A stretch of 64,000 bases of DNA, taken from NCBI GenBank assembly GCA_004764695.1, contig SMSO01000032.1, forward strand, positions 5,054,483-5,118,482. The letters run 5' to 3'. The notes beneath the pieces are model-generated. The model saw nothing but the letters and a program-made list of their open reading frames with translations, was not told the origin of the DNA and made no database searches. Position numbers and translations under genes: made by a program. Position 1 is the stretch's first letter. Every line of letters begins with the position of its first letter. Positions 44,570 through 55,579 of this stretch are shown here, in pieces. The DNA comes from Schizochytrium sp. TIO01. Its lineage: Eukaryota > Protista > Bigyra: Labyrinthulomycetes.

Positions 44570-47500
44570 ATGATGAAACAGGTCTTCATCCTCGTAGCGT
44601 CTGTACTTGCCGCTGCAGACTTCACCGAGGCGACTACTGTAGAGACATTCTTCCCCACTGCCTTTCAGGGTCGCAATGACAGCTTTTTGGCTACAATGTA
44701 TACCTTTCAACAACAGGAATGTATCGACAACAACTTTGTTGACGCTGTGTCTGACAATATCTTGGGTGGATTCAACTACTCATCTAGCTGGTCATCCAGC
44801 GTGAAATGCCCTTCACATAAAAACTCCGCTGGCAACCAGTTTTCATATTCATCCAATGGAGCACACATGCAGACGTTCTCATACAGCGACTCCACCACAA
44901 GTGATGCTCTAACAGCCCAGCCAGCTCTTGCTGACTTGCAATCAGTCTTCTCTGGTGCCTGGACATTGGAACTTTGGATCCGTCCTACTGATTCAGATGC
45001 TCTCACAGTAACTACTGCGGATTATGTCATTCTGGAGATTGGCGCAGCAGCAGATGATGATCCAAATACTTCTTATACATGGACTGTAGGCAGCCAATAT
45101 GACTTTCAGCTCAGATACTCCCTAGTATCAGGCAATGGTCGCTTTTATGTATCTTGGACCTCAAAAATTGACGATACAGAAACTTATCCCACAGAAGGTT
45201 TTTTCCGTTTTGGTGTGACTATGTCAGCCGATGAGATATATTGCCTTACTGTAACTAGCACTGGTGTACTGGACACTCCCTTCATCGGACATCTCACAAC
45301 AATCTCGACCATGTCCACCGTTTCAAAGACTTTTATCACTCAGGCACCTTTAGATTCAACCTTTGGAACGGGAAATGTGTTGTCGATAGGCTCTTCTCCA
45401 ATCACTCTCTCTTCGTATTACTCTGCATATTATTCGTTTCCTGGAGATATTCTCCTGTTCGCTCTGCACACGGCAGTTTTAGATTCTACTTCTTTAACTG
45501 CAAACCTTAATGCAGCTCTCCCAAACTCTCGCCCAGTCATGACAACAACCGTATCAAACAATACTGTTAACGAGGACCACTATGATATGACACTTAATCT
45601 CACCGATATTGTGTATGATTTCGATGAAGATTATTTCAGCCAGGATGCACCAACAATGATTCTTACAGGTTATGTGAACGAAACTTCTGAAGGCTTGCTT
45701 GGCTCAAACGTGACTGTTGATGGAACTGTTTTAGATCTCGATACAGATCTGCCGGTGAACATCACAGACAAGATATCGTACAATGCCCGCGCGAATCTCT
45801 ATGGTATGGGTTTTGAGCTTTTGTTTAGCGCTGTCGATAAGTATGCGTATGCGACGACCAACGCCACTCTTGAGATGATCGTTACTCCCAAGAACGATAA
45901 TCCTGTCACCCTGGCGTCTTCGTCCGTTCCTGATACCACGTCGCAGAGCACCTACAGTGAATTCGTGTTTAAGGCTTCTGATCCCGATTGTCCCTCGACT
46001 TCGTCTGAGACAGCAGCTTACTACTCCGAGTCATGTCAATTGTATGGTGTAAACAAGACTTTTCACATTGTTACTCCAGGTTATGACTACATCTACTCCC
46101 CTCTCGGCAAGTTTTACCTTCCTGACTCTGACGGTAGTTGCGAGGGCGGATTGCCCGATCCCGACAGTGACAGCCGTATCTTGACTGACACCTACTACAA
46201 CGCAACTGTGAACGGTAAGGGTACTGTTTCATTGACTCTTTGTTTTGAGGCCTGCTTGGGACTTTCTACAGATTCCAGCATCATCAATCCTTGCCCTGCT
46301 GATTTGAACAACCAATCCACTCTCGGTGATGTTACTCTTTCTTTCTACGTTGAGGATTTGGCTGGAGCAACTTCTTCCAGCAGGAACCTCACCACAACAG
46401 TCACGTCCGTGCTTGATGCTGACGTTGGGGATGTAGCTATGATCATTGAGGGCAATGCAACTGTTATTACTCTCAATGGTACAGATAACTACTGCGAGCA
46501 GAGCCCTGTCCCTGACGACTGCGATGAGCGTGTCATGACGTTCGAGCTGATGGAATTGATTCCCGAAAGTCAGGGAGTTCTCTATGAGGATGCAAACCTG
46601 ACCACGCCTGCTGAGGTCGGCTACAAATTCAATGGAACCATCTATCTGGCACCTGCTGAATACTACTTCTCTATTGATTCTTGGCCTATTTGCTCGGCTG
46701 GAACAACTTATTCTTTTACTACGTGTGCTGACACTAGCATTTCGCTCAGTAGCACGGACGGTACGGAGTATCCTTTTACCTGCACTGGTCCTTACTGTGG
46801 TGCTTCATCCGCCGTACCTACGGGTCGGTACCAGTACTTCACCACAACAGATTTGGAAAACAACACCATGGGTGTAGTTTCAGATGCAGGGTGCGTGAAT
46901 GGTGACAGCAACGGCTGCCCTATTCTTATCAACTACAAGGTCCTGCTGGAGAACCAGGGACTTGAAAGTAATGCTGCAGATGGTGCTAGCATCTATGTAC
47001 GCAACGTGAACGACGTTCCTTGGATGAATGCCCCTATCACTGAGATGACTAGCATTTCTCGTAACACGTACTACGCGCTTACCGACGATGATGGCAACCC
47101 ATTTCAGATTGGAGATGAAGATGCAGATACTCGTACCATTGACTTGGTTATTCAGACCACGGATAGCTCTTATGGTAAAGTGTCAGTGAGCTCGACCCTG
47201 TCGTACGACTCGAACAACTTTGACATTGTCCGTGGCAGTGGTGTTTCTAACTCTGGTTCTGCTGACATTCGTGTCAAGGGTACTAAGACTGAGATCAACA
47301 AGTTCCTGTCTGTCTTGCGTTATCGCACTACGGCTTCTTCCAGTACAAGTGACTCCATCGTTTTCACCATCTTTGATGTTTCTCGCAACGGTGACACTTC
47401 GAACTCGTACACTGAGCTAGATGGCGTGTCTTACTACAGCGTGACAACAACGCTTTCGATTACCATCAAGGCTAGCTCATCTGATACCGGCGTTCATTTC

Positions 47501-48094
47501 ACTTTGACCACGGTTGCAATTTATGCGATTGTCGGCATTTCTGCATTGTGCTGCATTGGCTTCTGTGTTGGTGTGATTTGCGCGATTGCTGCATGCGCCC
47601 AGCGTGGTAGCCGCGGAGCTCGCTGGATCCTGAACAATTTGCTGTGCTCCAAGATTGAACGTAACGATGCTGACCCGGATGCTCCAGATAGCGACATGAA
47701 ATCTGCAGCCGCCTTCACTGAAGCCGCTGTTCATGCTGAGCATGCACGGATGACAAAGGTAATTTGGTGTGCTAAATTGCTGCACTGCTTGTGCCCGTGC
47801 TGCGTCAAGTTCCGCGCTTCTAACGATATGGTGCCCGATGAAGAAGCCATGATGGTGGCTGTCACAGATCGCCTTCGTGAGGAGCGTGCTTCTCAGCATC
47901 TCCCTTCAGGTATTCGGGCCAAGTCCAAGCGCTTGGTCATTCCTCCTGAAGACCTCTTCAACTGGGAACGTCACATTTATCACGACGAAGAGTCTGGCCG
48001 TGACATCCCTTACTACTTCAACAGTAGGACGAATGAGTCCTCTTGGCATCGTCCCAAGGTTCGCGACCAATCGGCACCACCCGATGAGGTCTAA
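44570..48094 (+). CDS. Type I membrane protein: signal peptide, LamG/ConA-like domain, cadherin/Ig-like repeats, TM, C-terminal WW domain
   Basis: Hydrophobic N-terminus, WTLELWIRP, repeat-end motifs PKNDNPV and RNVNDVP, many N-glycosylation sequons, TM AIYAIVGISALCCIGFCVGVICAIAAC, and WW-type NWERH..DEESGRDIPYYFNSRTNESSWHRP. Confidence 0.8.
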   Translation: MMKQVFILVASVLAAADFTEATTVETFFPTAFQGRNDSFLATMYTFQQQECIDNNFVDAVSDNILGGFNYSSSWSSSVKCPSHKNSAGNQFSYSSNGAHMQTFSYSDSTTSDALTAQPALADLQSVFSGAWTLELWIRPTDSDALTVTTADYVILEIGAAADDDPNTSYTWTVGSQYDFQLRYSLVSGNGRFYVSWTSKIDDTETYPTEGFFRFGVTMSADEIYCLTVTSTGVLDTPFIGHLTTISTMSTVSKTFITQAPLDSTFGTGNVLSIGSSPITLSSYYSAYYSFPGDILLFALHTAVLDSTSLTANLNAALPNSRPVMTTTVSNNTVNEDHYDMTLNLTDIVYDFDEDYFSQDAPTMILTGYVNETSEGLLGSNVTVDGTVLDLDTDLPVNITDKISYNARANLYGMGFELLFSAVDKYAYATTNATLEMIVTPKNDNPVTLASSSVPDTTSQSTYSEFVFKASDPDCPSTSSETAAYYSESCQLYGVNKTFHIVTPGYDYIYSPLGKFYLPDSDGSCEGGLPDPDSDSRILTDTYYNATVNGKGTVSLTLCFEACLGLSTDSSIINPCPADLNNQSTLGDVTLSFYVEDLAGATSSSRNLTTTVTSVLDADVGDVAMIIEGNATVITLNGTDNYCEQSPVPDDCDERVMTFELMELIPESQGVLYEDANLTTPAEVGYKFNGTIYLAPAEYYFSIDSWPICSAGTTYSFTTCADTSISLSSTDGTEYPFTCTGPYCGASSAVPTGRYQYFTTTDLENNTMGVVSDAGCVNGDSNGCPILINYKVLLENQGLESNAADGASIYVRNVNDVPWMNAPITEMTSISRNTYYALTDDDGNPFQIGDEDADTRTIDLVIQTTDSSYGKVSVSSTLSYDSNNFDIVRGSGVSNSGSADIRVKGTKTEINKFLSVLRYRTTASSSTSDSIVFTIFDVSRNGDTSNSYTELDGVSYYSVTTTLSITIKASSSDTGVHFTLTTVAIYAIVGISALCCIGFCVGVICAIAACAQRGSRGARWILNNLLCSKIERNDADPDAPDSDMKSAAAFTEAAVHAEHARMTKVIWCAKLLHCLCPCCVKFRASNDMVPDEEAMMVAVTDRLREERASQHLPSGIRAKSKRLVIPPEDLFNWERHIYHDEESGRDIPYYFNSRTNESSWHRPKVRDQSAPPDEV

Positions 48095-50739
48095 AGATAG
48101 TGGAAACCCCATCATTTGTTTACAAATATGCGGTCGCTCAGCGAACCCATTGGTGTTGTGTTAATTTTGTGAAGGTCAGCTACCTGTCATGAAACGTGCA
48201 CAATTGTGTCCACGTTGTGGACCCTACCCTATCTCTTCTTTTGTTCCTCTTCAGATATAACATTCGCAGGAGAGTAGTGTCTTAGATATTTCTTGATGTG
48301 CTAATCGCCGTTTACCTATTTTGTGTTGTTTGTTTTAAACCTTTCTCTGTTTGCTCTCCTGTTGCTGTCTTTTTTGCTAGAGGTGAATTCGAAAGAATCT
48401 TCTGACAAAGACGATCCCAAACCGCTGGAGAACCCGCGTCAATTTGGAATTCTTTTTTTTTTTTTTAGCAAAGAATAAAAACGTATTATAAAAGGTATTA
48501 TCTGGGCCTGGGAACAAAGTTTAACTACTATGGAAAGGAGCAGTTTTTATTGTCCTGCTGTAGGAGTGCCCAATCTTGAAAGAAACGCAGTGGAAAGAGT
48601 GCAACGTGGCATCCCAGTACACTCACTTCTATTAATTATTTAATGAATTTTAAATATCCAAGAATTTCTTTGGAAAGTCATTTTTTTCTTTCAAAAATAC
48701 AACTTGAAGAAAACCAATAACTGAAGAAAATAAATTACCGATGTATAAATCAAAAGAAAGGGGAAATGATCTGAACACGCACTTCTTTGAGTCTCCACAT
48801 AGGTGGTGTATTTCATATTCTCCTCTCAGGTCCGTAGTTACCTCAACAAACGAGGTAAGGTGTCTTCATCATCTTTCACCTTTCCTCGCTTGGTCTTTTC
48901 CAATAGTGCGGGTACCTTTCTATCTTCGACAAACATCAGCTTCGCAGCTAGCCCAAGCCAAACTGGCTGTAAATTCGAAAGCAAACAGGCCTGCAAACTA
49001 CTTGGGCTAGCATTTGTCCACACTGACCCACGTTAACGGATACATTAAAATTTGTATTTACGATACTAGGATATACCATAGACCTACTGCAAAAAGAAGC
49101 ACCTGTTTGATAAATAAATACACCATTGGGCCCTACTTACGAGCTCGAGGTATGAAAAGGGAGATCTAAGGAAATGGCAAGGGATGCGCTCTTCTGCAGG
49201 AGATCTTGAATGGCTCGCATAGTTTGGTAGACCAAATAAAAAAAAATATGACCGTTAGCGTAAAAACTCACAATTTCACTCGTGGGGCACCAGTATGAGT
49301 TATCTTCCGCTTGTATTCCCTGGGACTGCTGTAGCGCAAACGCAACGCGGTGGCGCAGATTCAATGAGTTTTATTTTTCTTTCGTTGGAAATAAATTTGA
49401 AACAGCTGGAGGGTGGATTAAAGTAGTATCGCGTGCACGCTCCTCTCCTTTGCATAGATTTCTCACGTATTCTTCTTCAAAATGAGCAATACCAGTGTCT
49501 ATAATTTCATGGAGGCCCTGGATTTGGGTGGAATGGGTATAAAATGCCTATGCGTAACTAATGTCTGATGCGATTGCACAAGCCAAGAAGAAACCTAAAT
49601 TTGCATTTGGAGGTGGGCTTACAACAGGCTCTTTTGCAAAGCAAATATACTTCTGAAAAAGGCTCCCTTTATTAGGAGTGCGCAAAGACTGTCCAGGTTT
49701 TAGACTATATTTTGTCCTTTAGGTACTTGTCTCAGCGTATGGGCATATGCAAGAAAGGCCACACATTGAGCAGCTGCGATTGAATATGAGCGAGAGGAAG
49801 ATGACTCATTGAAGAGTTGTTTTATAGTAACCCTACAACAGACTAGCTGCAGAAACACGGAACGAGACTTTCATGCAACCTCCGAGGGGAGAAGTCGCAT
49901 GGTCAGAGCTCCCCAAGATCTCTTTTCGTTATAGGAATGGCCAAGTTGAATCAAAATTGGAAAACGAGAAACGCTTTTTTTTTTTGCTTTTTTTCTAGTT
50001 CATTCTTTCTTTTTTTCGTTTTCGAAAGGGAAAAAAAGGGCACCAAAAAAAAAATAAAGGAGATTAGTATAAACAAGGGTAACTTGTCTGAGCTGGGATG
50101 ACGCTGGCAATCGAAGTGCCAATTTCTTGTAAATATATTGCAAGATGCAGTGTTTTTATCCATGAAAAGTCAGTCTTAGGGACAATGGCTCTCAAGAAGA
50201 AAGCGGCAGGGAAACGTACAAAAACAGGACAGTAACCGAAGAAATCCGTTTGAAAAGCGAATTTCTGCCTTATTACATAAATGAGACTAGCCCACCATTG
50301 CAAAGTGTAAAGTTTTGACAGTCTTCCTTCTGGAAGTAGTCTCGTAGCTTGTGTTTAATGAAAAAGCCAAAGGAGAATATTTTGAATTAATTAGCATAGT
50401 TCGACATATTATATATTTCTCGTCCCATAATCATTCATTTGCAAACTTTATTTCTTCACATTTTATATGAACATTTACCCTCAACATCACGTACCCCAGC
50501 AGTCCCATTTTGTAACGTTTCTCTTATTTTCAAAAATACCTACTTGTTCAACAAAGCTAACACGGCCAACAGCTCCAAAGCAAAACCATATTCCGGCATC
50601 AGTTGTGTCTACAAAACGGTGATTGTCTACAAACCCGCTGTGCTATAAGGCAGGTTTGAAGCCCTCAATAGCTTACAGATCACATTTGTCTGACCGCGCG
50701 GGGTGGAACGACACAATATATTCAAGCCGGAAACGCAAA

Positions 50740-51942
50740 ATGCGGTTCTCCCTTATGGCTCTTATGGTGGCAGCTTCTGTCGTAGCTGCCACCAACGGCG
50801 CAAAAATTGAGCTTGCAAGACAAAAGTCACGCCTTCTGAAGGCAGCTCGAGCAAAGCGTAGCCTGGTCAGCACTGATCTGATTGCCAACGCGCAGACTTG
50901 CCTTAGCACTTGCTCTGATTGTGCTAGCCTCTGGAGCATTGTTGCCAAGTCCCCCTGTAGTTCTTATTTCGCAAGTCTTGATGTTTCCATGGATTCGTCT
51001 GATGGTGACTCTCTTGGTGTTGTGGCTCTGATGGCCGGTGCAGATGCCGCCCCATTCACAGAACGGGTGTGCAACAGCTTCAAGAGTGATGTTGGAGCAT
51101 CAACGTGTGTCGCCCAAGCACCTCTAGACAGCATCATCCAAACTATTCAGGACAATAGCGCTGAAGATGAAATTTGCAACAGCTTCATCACAAGCCTCGA
51201 AACTGAGGTTTCCACCATCATCGAGGCCATGATGGAATACCAAGAGTCTGTCGATAGTTTTGTTCCCACAGAGTCGATCAGCGCGTCTCAGGTTGAGATT
51301 ATCAACGATCAGATGGATGCCTTCTTCGATGAACTCGGAGAGAATCTCAACCAAACGAATCTAGGTACAACTCTGGCTTATCAGCTCTCTCAGGTTGATA
51401 TGAGTTGGGGTCAAGTTCTTGCTACTGTATTTGGTTTCACGGAAGAGGTATCTGTCTGCTTGGGTACAGAGGATGATGACGAATCCTGCACTGACTTTAG
51501 TGGCCAATATGTTGATTCTTTCATTAAGCTCTTCCTAGATTCAGACTCCTCTGATTTGGATGAGTATATTGGGCAGTTGGGGATCTGGTACTCGGCTTGT
51601 GCTCTTTCGATTGCCAACGCTACTCAGAATGGAAACCCATACCTTTTGAATGACAACTCCTGCTTTCTTGCAGATATTTTTTCTAGCAGCAATGGAGAAG
51701 CGTTCCAGGCCACCTTGGAAGACGTCGAGAACTTCCCTGATGCACTTTATGCCATGGAGGATTCCATGGGAACTCTTATTGAGTCCTGTAACGAGGTTGA
51801 TGTTGACGTTGTAACGACTTTTAGCCCCACTGCGACCCCCACCACTGCCTCACCAACAACAACAACCTTGAACCCAGCATCTACCTCTGCCCCTCAGCTC
51901 CTTCTTATCCTTGTAGCCATGCTCTTTGCACGGTATGTTTAA
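50740..51942 (+). CDS. Secreted, probably GPI-anchored acidic Cys-containing surface protein
   Basis: Signal peptide MRFSLMALMVAASVVAA, a basic propeptide-like stretch ending RAKR, a PT-rich stalk and a hydrophobic C-terminus LLLILVAMLFARYV. Confidence 0.75.
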   Translation: MRFSLMALMVAASVVAATNGAKIELARQKSRLLKAARAKRSLVSTDLIANAQTCLSTCSDCASLWSIVAKSPCSSYFASLDVSMDSSDGDSLGVVALMAGADAAPFTERVCNSFKSDVGASTCVAQAPLDSIIQTIQDNSAEDEICNSFITSLETEVSTIIEAMMEYQESVDSFVPTESISASQVEIINDQMDAFFDELGENLNQTNLGTTLAYQLSQVDMSWGQVLATVFGFTEEVSVCLGTEDDDESCTDFSGQYVDSFIKLFLDSDSSDLDEYIGQLGIWYSACALSIANATQNGNPYLLNDNSCFLADIFSSSNGEAFQATLEDVENFPDALYAMEDSMGTLIESCNEVDVDVVTTFSPTATPTTASPTTTTLNPASTSAPQLLLILVAMLFARYV

Positions 51943-52165
51943 ACTATCTATGTGCACCATAACAAAATGTTCAAGTAAAGGAATACAATTTTCACATTTC
52001 TCGCGATTTGATTTATTTATATAAGAACACGCAGACTTAGAGACCCCATCATCGTCATTAACTTTCTTTGATTGATCTAATATTCAAGAATGAATGATGA
52101 GGAGAAGAGACGTTCGATATCATTATTGCCACATCCTTCCACTAGTAGTGAGACATGTGGAAAAA

Positions 52166-55100
52166 TCACTTGGCACTCTCCATAGACTCATTAAAAATTC
52201 GACGTGAAGCGCCAAATTTGGGCCGCGCCTGCCCAACATCGCCAGCCCTAGTCATAGGTCCTGCTCCTTGTAATGGCTGGACCCCCAAGGCAGCTGACCT
52301 TTCACTCTGAAGAGCTCGGAAAAAGGTCTCAGAGTCCCCACTCTCAAAAGAATGGTTTGCATTTTGCCTCTTTCTTCGTGCATGAGCTGCAAGCTCTGCA
52401 GAGGACCAGGAGGCGACAGAACTAGCCGGGCTCGTAGGAAGACCATGATGTTTGTTTGCAGGAACAGGTACAGGTGGGGCTTTTGACTTTCCGGCTCCTG
52501 CGCGGTCTTTAGCTCCACGCTTACCTGCAAGTTGAGGTCCTAGAGATTGCCGCGGAGTTTGAAAGGGGAGGTTGGATTCAACATGTTTACGAGATCCGCT
52601 AGCCGCTCCCACGCCTGATTCTTCCAAATCTGACGCACTAACAAATGTCTTGCACAGATCGTCTGCTGCATCCGCGGTCTCAGTATAGCTATTTGCCTCT
52701 TTGGGTAGGTTCTCCTTCTCTTGAGGAGCACTTGCTTGATCAGGGGCTTTGTGCACAGTTTTAGCCTTCACAACACCTTCCAAGGGCGCCATATCATCAT
52801 CTTCCTGGTCTTGGGTGAGAACTTTAGAACCATTAACAAGTCCTACTCTATCATCTCCAACTTCGTGCGCGGGAATAGGAAGGCGAGGGGCATTTCCAAG
52901 ACCCTCAAGAACTTCGGTCTCACTTGCTGTGAGCTGCACATCTTTGCTTACTCTTTGCAATTGGGTTTGAAACCAAGATGACACTGCTTCAGCAGGAACT
53001 CGTTTCTGGCGAATCATCTTTGTACTTGCATGAGTACTTTTCAATTGCAAAATGTCAACCTTGCGGCGAAGCGCGTGTAACTCATTCTCCATCTTAGCAC
53101 GTTCTTCAATCTCTGTTACGTTGGCGTTACGAAGTGCAGCATTCTCTCGCTGTAGCTCGACCAGGGCTGCACGGAGATGGCGAGTTGCAGAGCTTCCTCC
53201 CGTAGCTAGGACTAACGAATCGCTCGGGCCTGTTTGGGCGCTATCAAAGTCGATCTTTGGGCTTGGCGGAGCACCACGGCCTTCAAACTGCTCACGAAGC
53301 CATGCATTCTCCCGTTCCAGACGCCCGTTAACATCTCGCAAATGTGTAAGTGCTCGCTCATCAGACCGACGCCCACGCATAGGAGTTATTTGTGCCCCTT
53401 CTGCACTCCCATCAGCGGAAGACTTTCCGTGCGGAGTTGTAATTAGTTGTTGAACCATTGCGTCAAGATTGTCTCGTACGTAAGATTGCCGACGAATACT
53501 TGGAGAATCTCCTGCGGAGAATGCTTGTAAAAGGTTTCGAAGAGCAGGTTCTTCAGCATCTTGAAGAGCAGTGACATGTTCTTGAACTTGTGCAGCCACT
53601 TGACGCGGGACGTCTTGGACAAGCTGCTCGTACTTGGAACATGCGAGTTGGCGCGCTTCTCGCTCTATTTCTACCTCGTCTTCGAGTCGTGCAAGTTTCT
53701 TCATCAGGTTGTTGAGCTTACTATTAAATTCCCGTACCAGTCGGCGTTTCATAGTTTGTGAGCTATCACGTTGCTGAAGGAAGGCTTCGAAATCTTCATT
53801 TTGCATACGCTGCGTCTCCAAGGCGCTGCGCAGCTGCTGTTGAAGAGTGTCTCGCTCCTCTTGCACAGGAACAAATTCGTGGTGCAGGTCCATCACCTTT
53901 TGTGACCAAAAGTCGATCTCGCGTTTGCTTTCAGTTTGAAGCTTTACATGTGCTTTGTGTAATGCATCAAGGGTGACAGTTGTGTCACGCAGACGCATCA
54001 TTAGAATCTCTTTCTTTTCACGGTCCCCTTCCAATGATTGGGCATACTCGGACCACTCTTTGATCTCCGCTTCTGACTCTTGCCGGTTCCTGTCATATTC
54101 CTCGCGCAGTGATCGGAGCTTGGCAGCAGTCTCTCTGTTTTCGGCATCCAGCGTTCTGACCTGCCGGTCGAGACGTGCGTTGAGAGCCTGAAGGGCTTCA
54201 ATCTTAGATGCTTGTGTTGGTGTGGCGGGACTGCCTCTCTGCTTCATTTTCGAATTGGCAGACCATGGTGATCCGGAAGGAGTGTCATGAGACGCGTCAC
54301 TTTGTTTAGAATTCTGCTCAGTGAGGTCCTCAATTTGGTGCTGTAGAGAGTTTTTCTCATCAGTGAGCTCCTTTAAATTTTTACGATAAGCTTGGACTTC
54401 ATTGACAAGGCGCTCCACGGCTTGCTCGCTACGCTTTAAACGATCACTTAACTCACGCGCTGCGCCTGCTTGTTTCTCCGAAGTAGACAATCGAGTCTTT
54501 AGTTCCTGAATGGTGGTTTTGGCCCTCTCGCGGGAGCTTTCAAGGTTTTTGATAGTCTGGGATTGATCCTGAAGCTGCTCTAAAGTAGTCTCAAGCTCGG
54601 CAATTTTCTGATTCGCAAGTTCATTTTGAGCTTTTGTTTTTGCCAAGAGGTCAGCAGAGGTATGCCCTGGACTTAATGAGCATGCATTCATACCATCTTC
54701 AATGACCCGGCTGTCAGCACGAGAGGTTGGCGAGGCAAGACTTGGATTGCTCGTACTAAGGTACATGCGGCGTTCAGCTTCAAACTTCTCTTTCTCCTCA
54801 GCAAGCTCAGTGGCCCGTGCCTCGGCCACGCTAAGGCGGATACGAAGATCTTCATGAACACCATCCTTTTCAATGATTGATTGTTCAAGAACCATCTTTT
54901 CCTGGGTCAATTCGTGTACACGTGTTTTCCAGCCCTCGAGTTCATCCAAAAGGCCACCAGACGAGTCCACAGATGCATCTGCCATCACGCTGTGAATCGT
55001 GAAGCGGTCGTTATCCTCTGCGGCAGCTTGTCCCGCAGGAGCTGAGGAAGCGTCATTCTTTGCAGCTTCATCGTTGAAGCTAGATTCCATCGCAACCTCT

Positions 55101-55579
55101 CCATCATCTACACCCTCTTTGTTCACTACAGAAGCCGCAGTAGCTGCTTCGGTACTATCAGGCTCGGCTGTGGCCTCTTCTTTAGAGTCCTCAATCTGGA
55201 TCCGAATATGGTCGAAAAGGTCTTCGATCTCGCCCTTGAGTGTTTGCTGGGCATCGCCAGGGAGCTTTAATATCCCGGCAATGTAGGTGTCGCGCTCTCT
55301 ACACTCCACAGCACATCCAAGAAGAACTTGTGTGACGTGCTCTTCAAGTGATCTATGCGACTTTTCTGGACGGCGGAGAGTACCTTTGGGTACCCGCAAA
55401 AGCTGCTCTGCCAAGGGTAACACCTGCGACTCGAGATCTTGACAGTTGCGTCCAAGGATTTCCGCGGCCACTTCGAGAACAGCCTCCTCGCAGAGATCTC
55501 CATTATCTTTAGCTGAGCTTGCCACACGTGCTTTGCGAGACTCGCTTTTGAATGGGAACGCTTGTACCCACGCCTCCAT
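52166..55579 (-). CDS. Hook-related long coiled-coil protein
   Basis: N-terminal Hook-domain motif QVLLGCAVECRERDTYIAGILKLPGDAQQTLKGEIE, followed by extended heptad coiled coils. Confidence 0.75.
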   Translation of the reverse strand: MEAWVQAFPFKSESRKARVASSAKDNGDLCEEAVLEVAAEILGRNCQDLESQVLPLAEQLLRVPKGTLRRPEKSHRSLEEHVTQVLLGCAVECRERDTYIAGILKLPGDAQQTLKGEIEDLFDHIRIQIEDSKEEATAEPDSTEAATAASVVNKEGVDDGEVAMESSFNDEAAKNDASSAPAGQAAAEDNDRFTIHSVMADASVDSSGGLLDELEGWKTRVHELTQEKMVLEQSIIEKDGVHEDLRIRLSVAEARATELAEEKEKFEAERRMYLSTSNPSLASPTSRADSRVIEDGMNACSLSPGHTSADLLAKTKAQNELANQKIAELETTLEQLQDQSQTIKNLESSRERAKTTIQELKTRLSTSEKQAGAARELSDRLKRSEQAVERLVNEVQAYRKNLKELTDEKNSLQHQIEDLTEQNSKQSDASHDTPSGSPWSANSKMKQRGSPATPTQASKIEALQALNARLDRQVRTLDAENRETAAKLRSLREEYDRNRQESEAEIKEWSEYAQSLEGDREKKEILMMRLRDTTVTLDALHKAHVKLQTESKREIDFWSQKVMDLHHEFVPVQEERDTLQQQLRSALETQRMQNEDFEAFLQQRDSSQTMKRRLVREFNSKLNNLMKKLARLEDEVEIEREARQLACSKYEQLVQDVPRQVAAQVQEHVTALQDAEEPALRNLLQAFSAGDSPSIRRQSYVRDNLDAMVQQLITTPHGKSSADGSAEGAQITPMRGRRSDERALTHLRDVNGRLERENAWLREQFEGRGAPPSPKIDFDSAQTGPSDSLVLATGGSSATRHLRAALVELQRENAALRNANVTEIEERAKMENELHALRRKVDILQLKSTHASTKMIRQKRVPAEAVSSWFQTQLQRVSKDVQLTASETEVLEGLGNAPRLPIPAHEVGDDRVGLVNGSKVLTQDQEDDDMAPLEGVVKAKTVHKAPDQASAPQEKENLPKEANSYTETADAADDLCKTFVSASDLEESGVGAASGSRKHVESNLPFQTPRQSLGPQLAGKRGAKDRAGAGKSKAPPVPVPANKHHGLPTSPASSVASWSSAELAAHARRKRQNANHSFESGDSETFFRALQSERSAALGVQPLQGAGPMTRAGDVGQARPKFGASRRIFNESMESAK

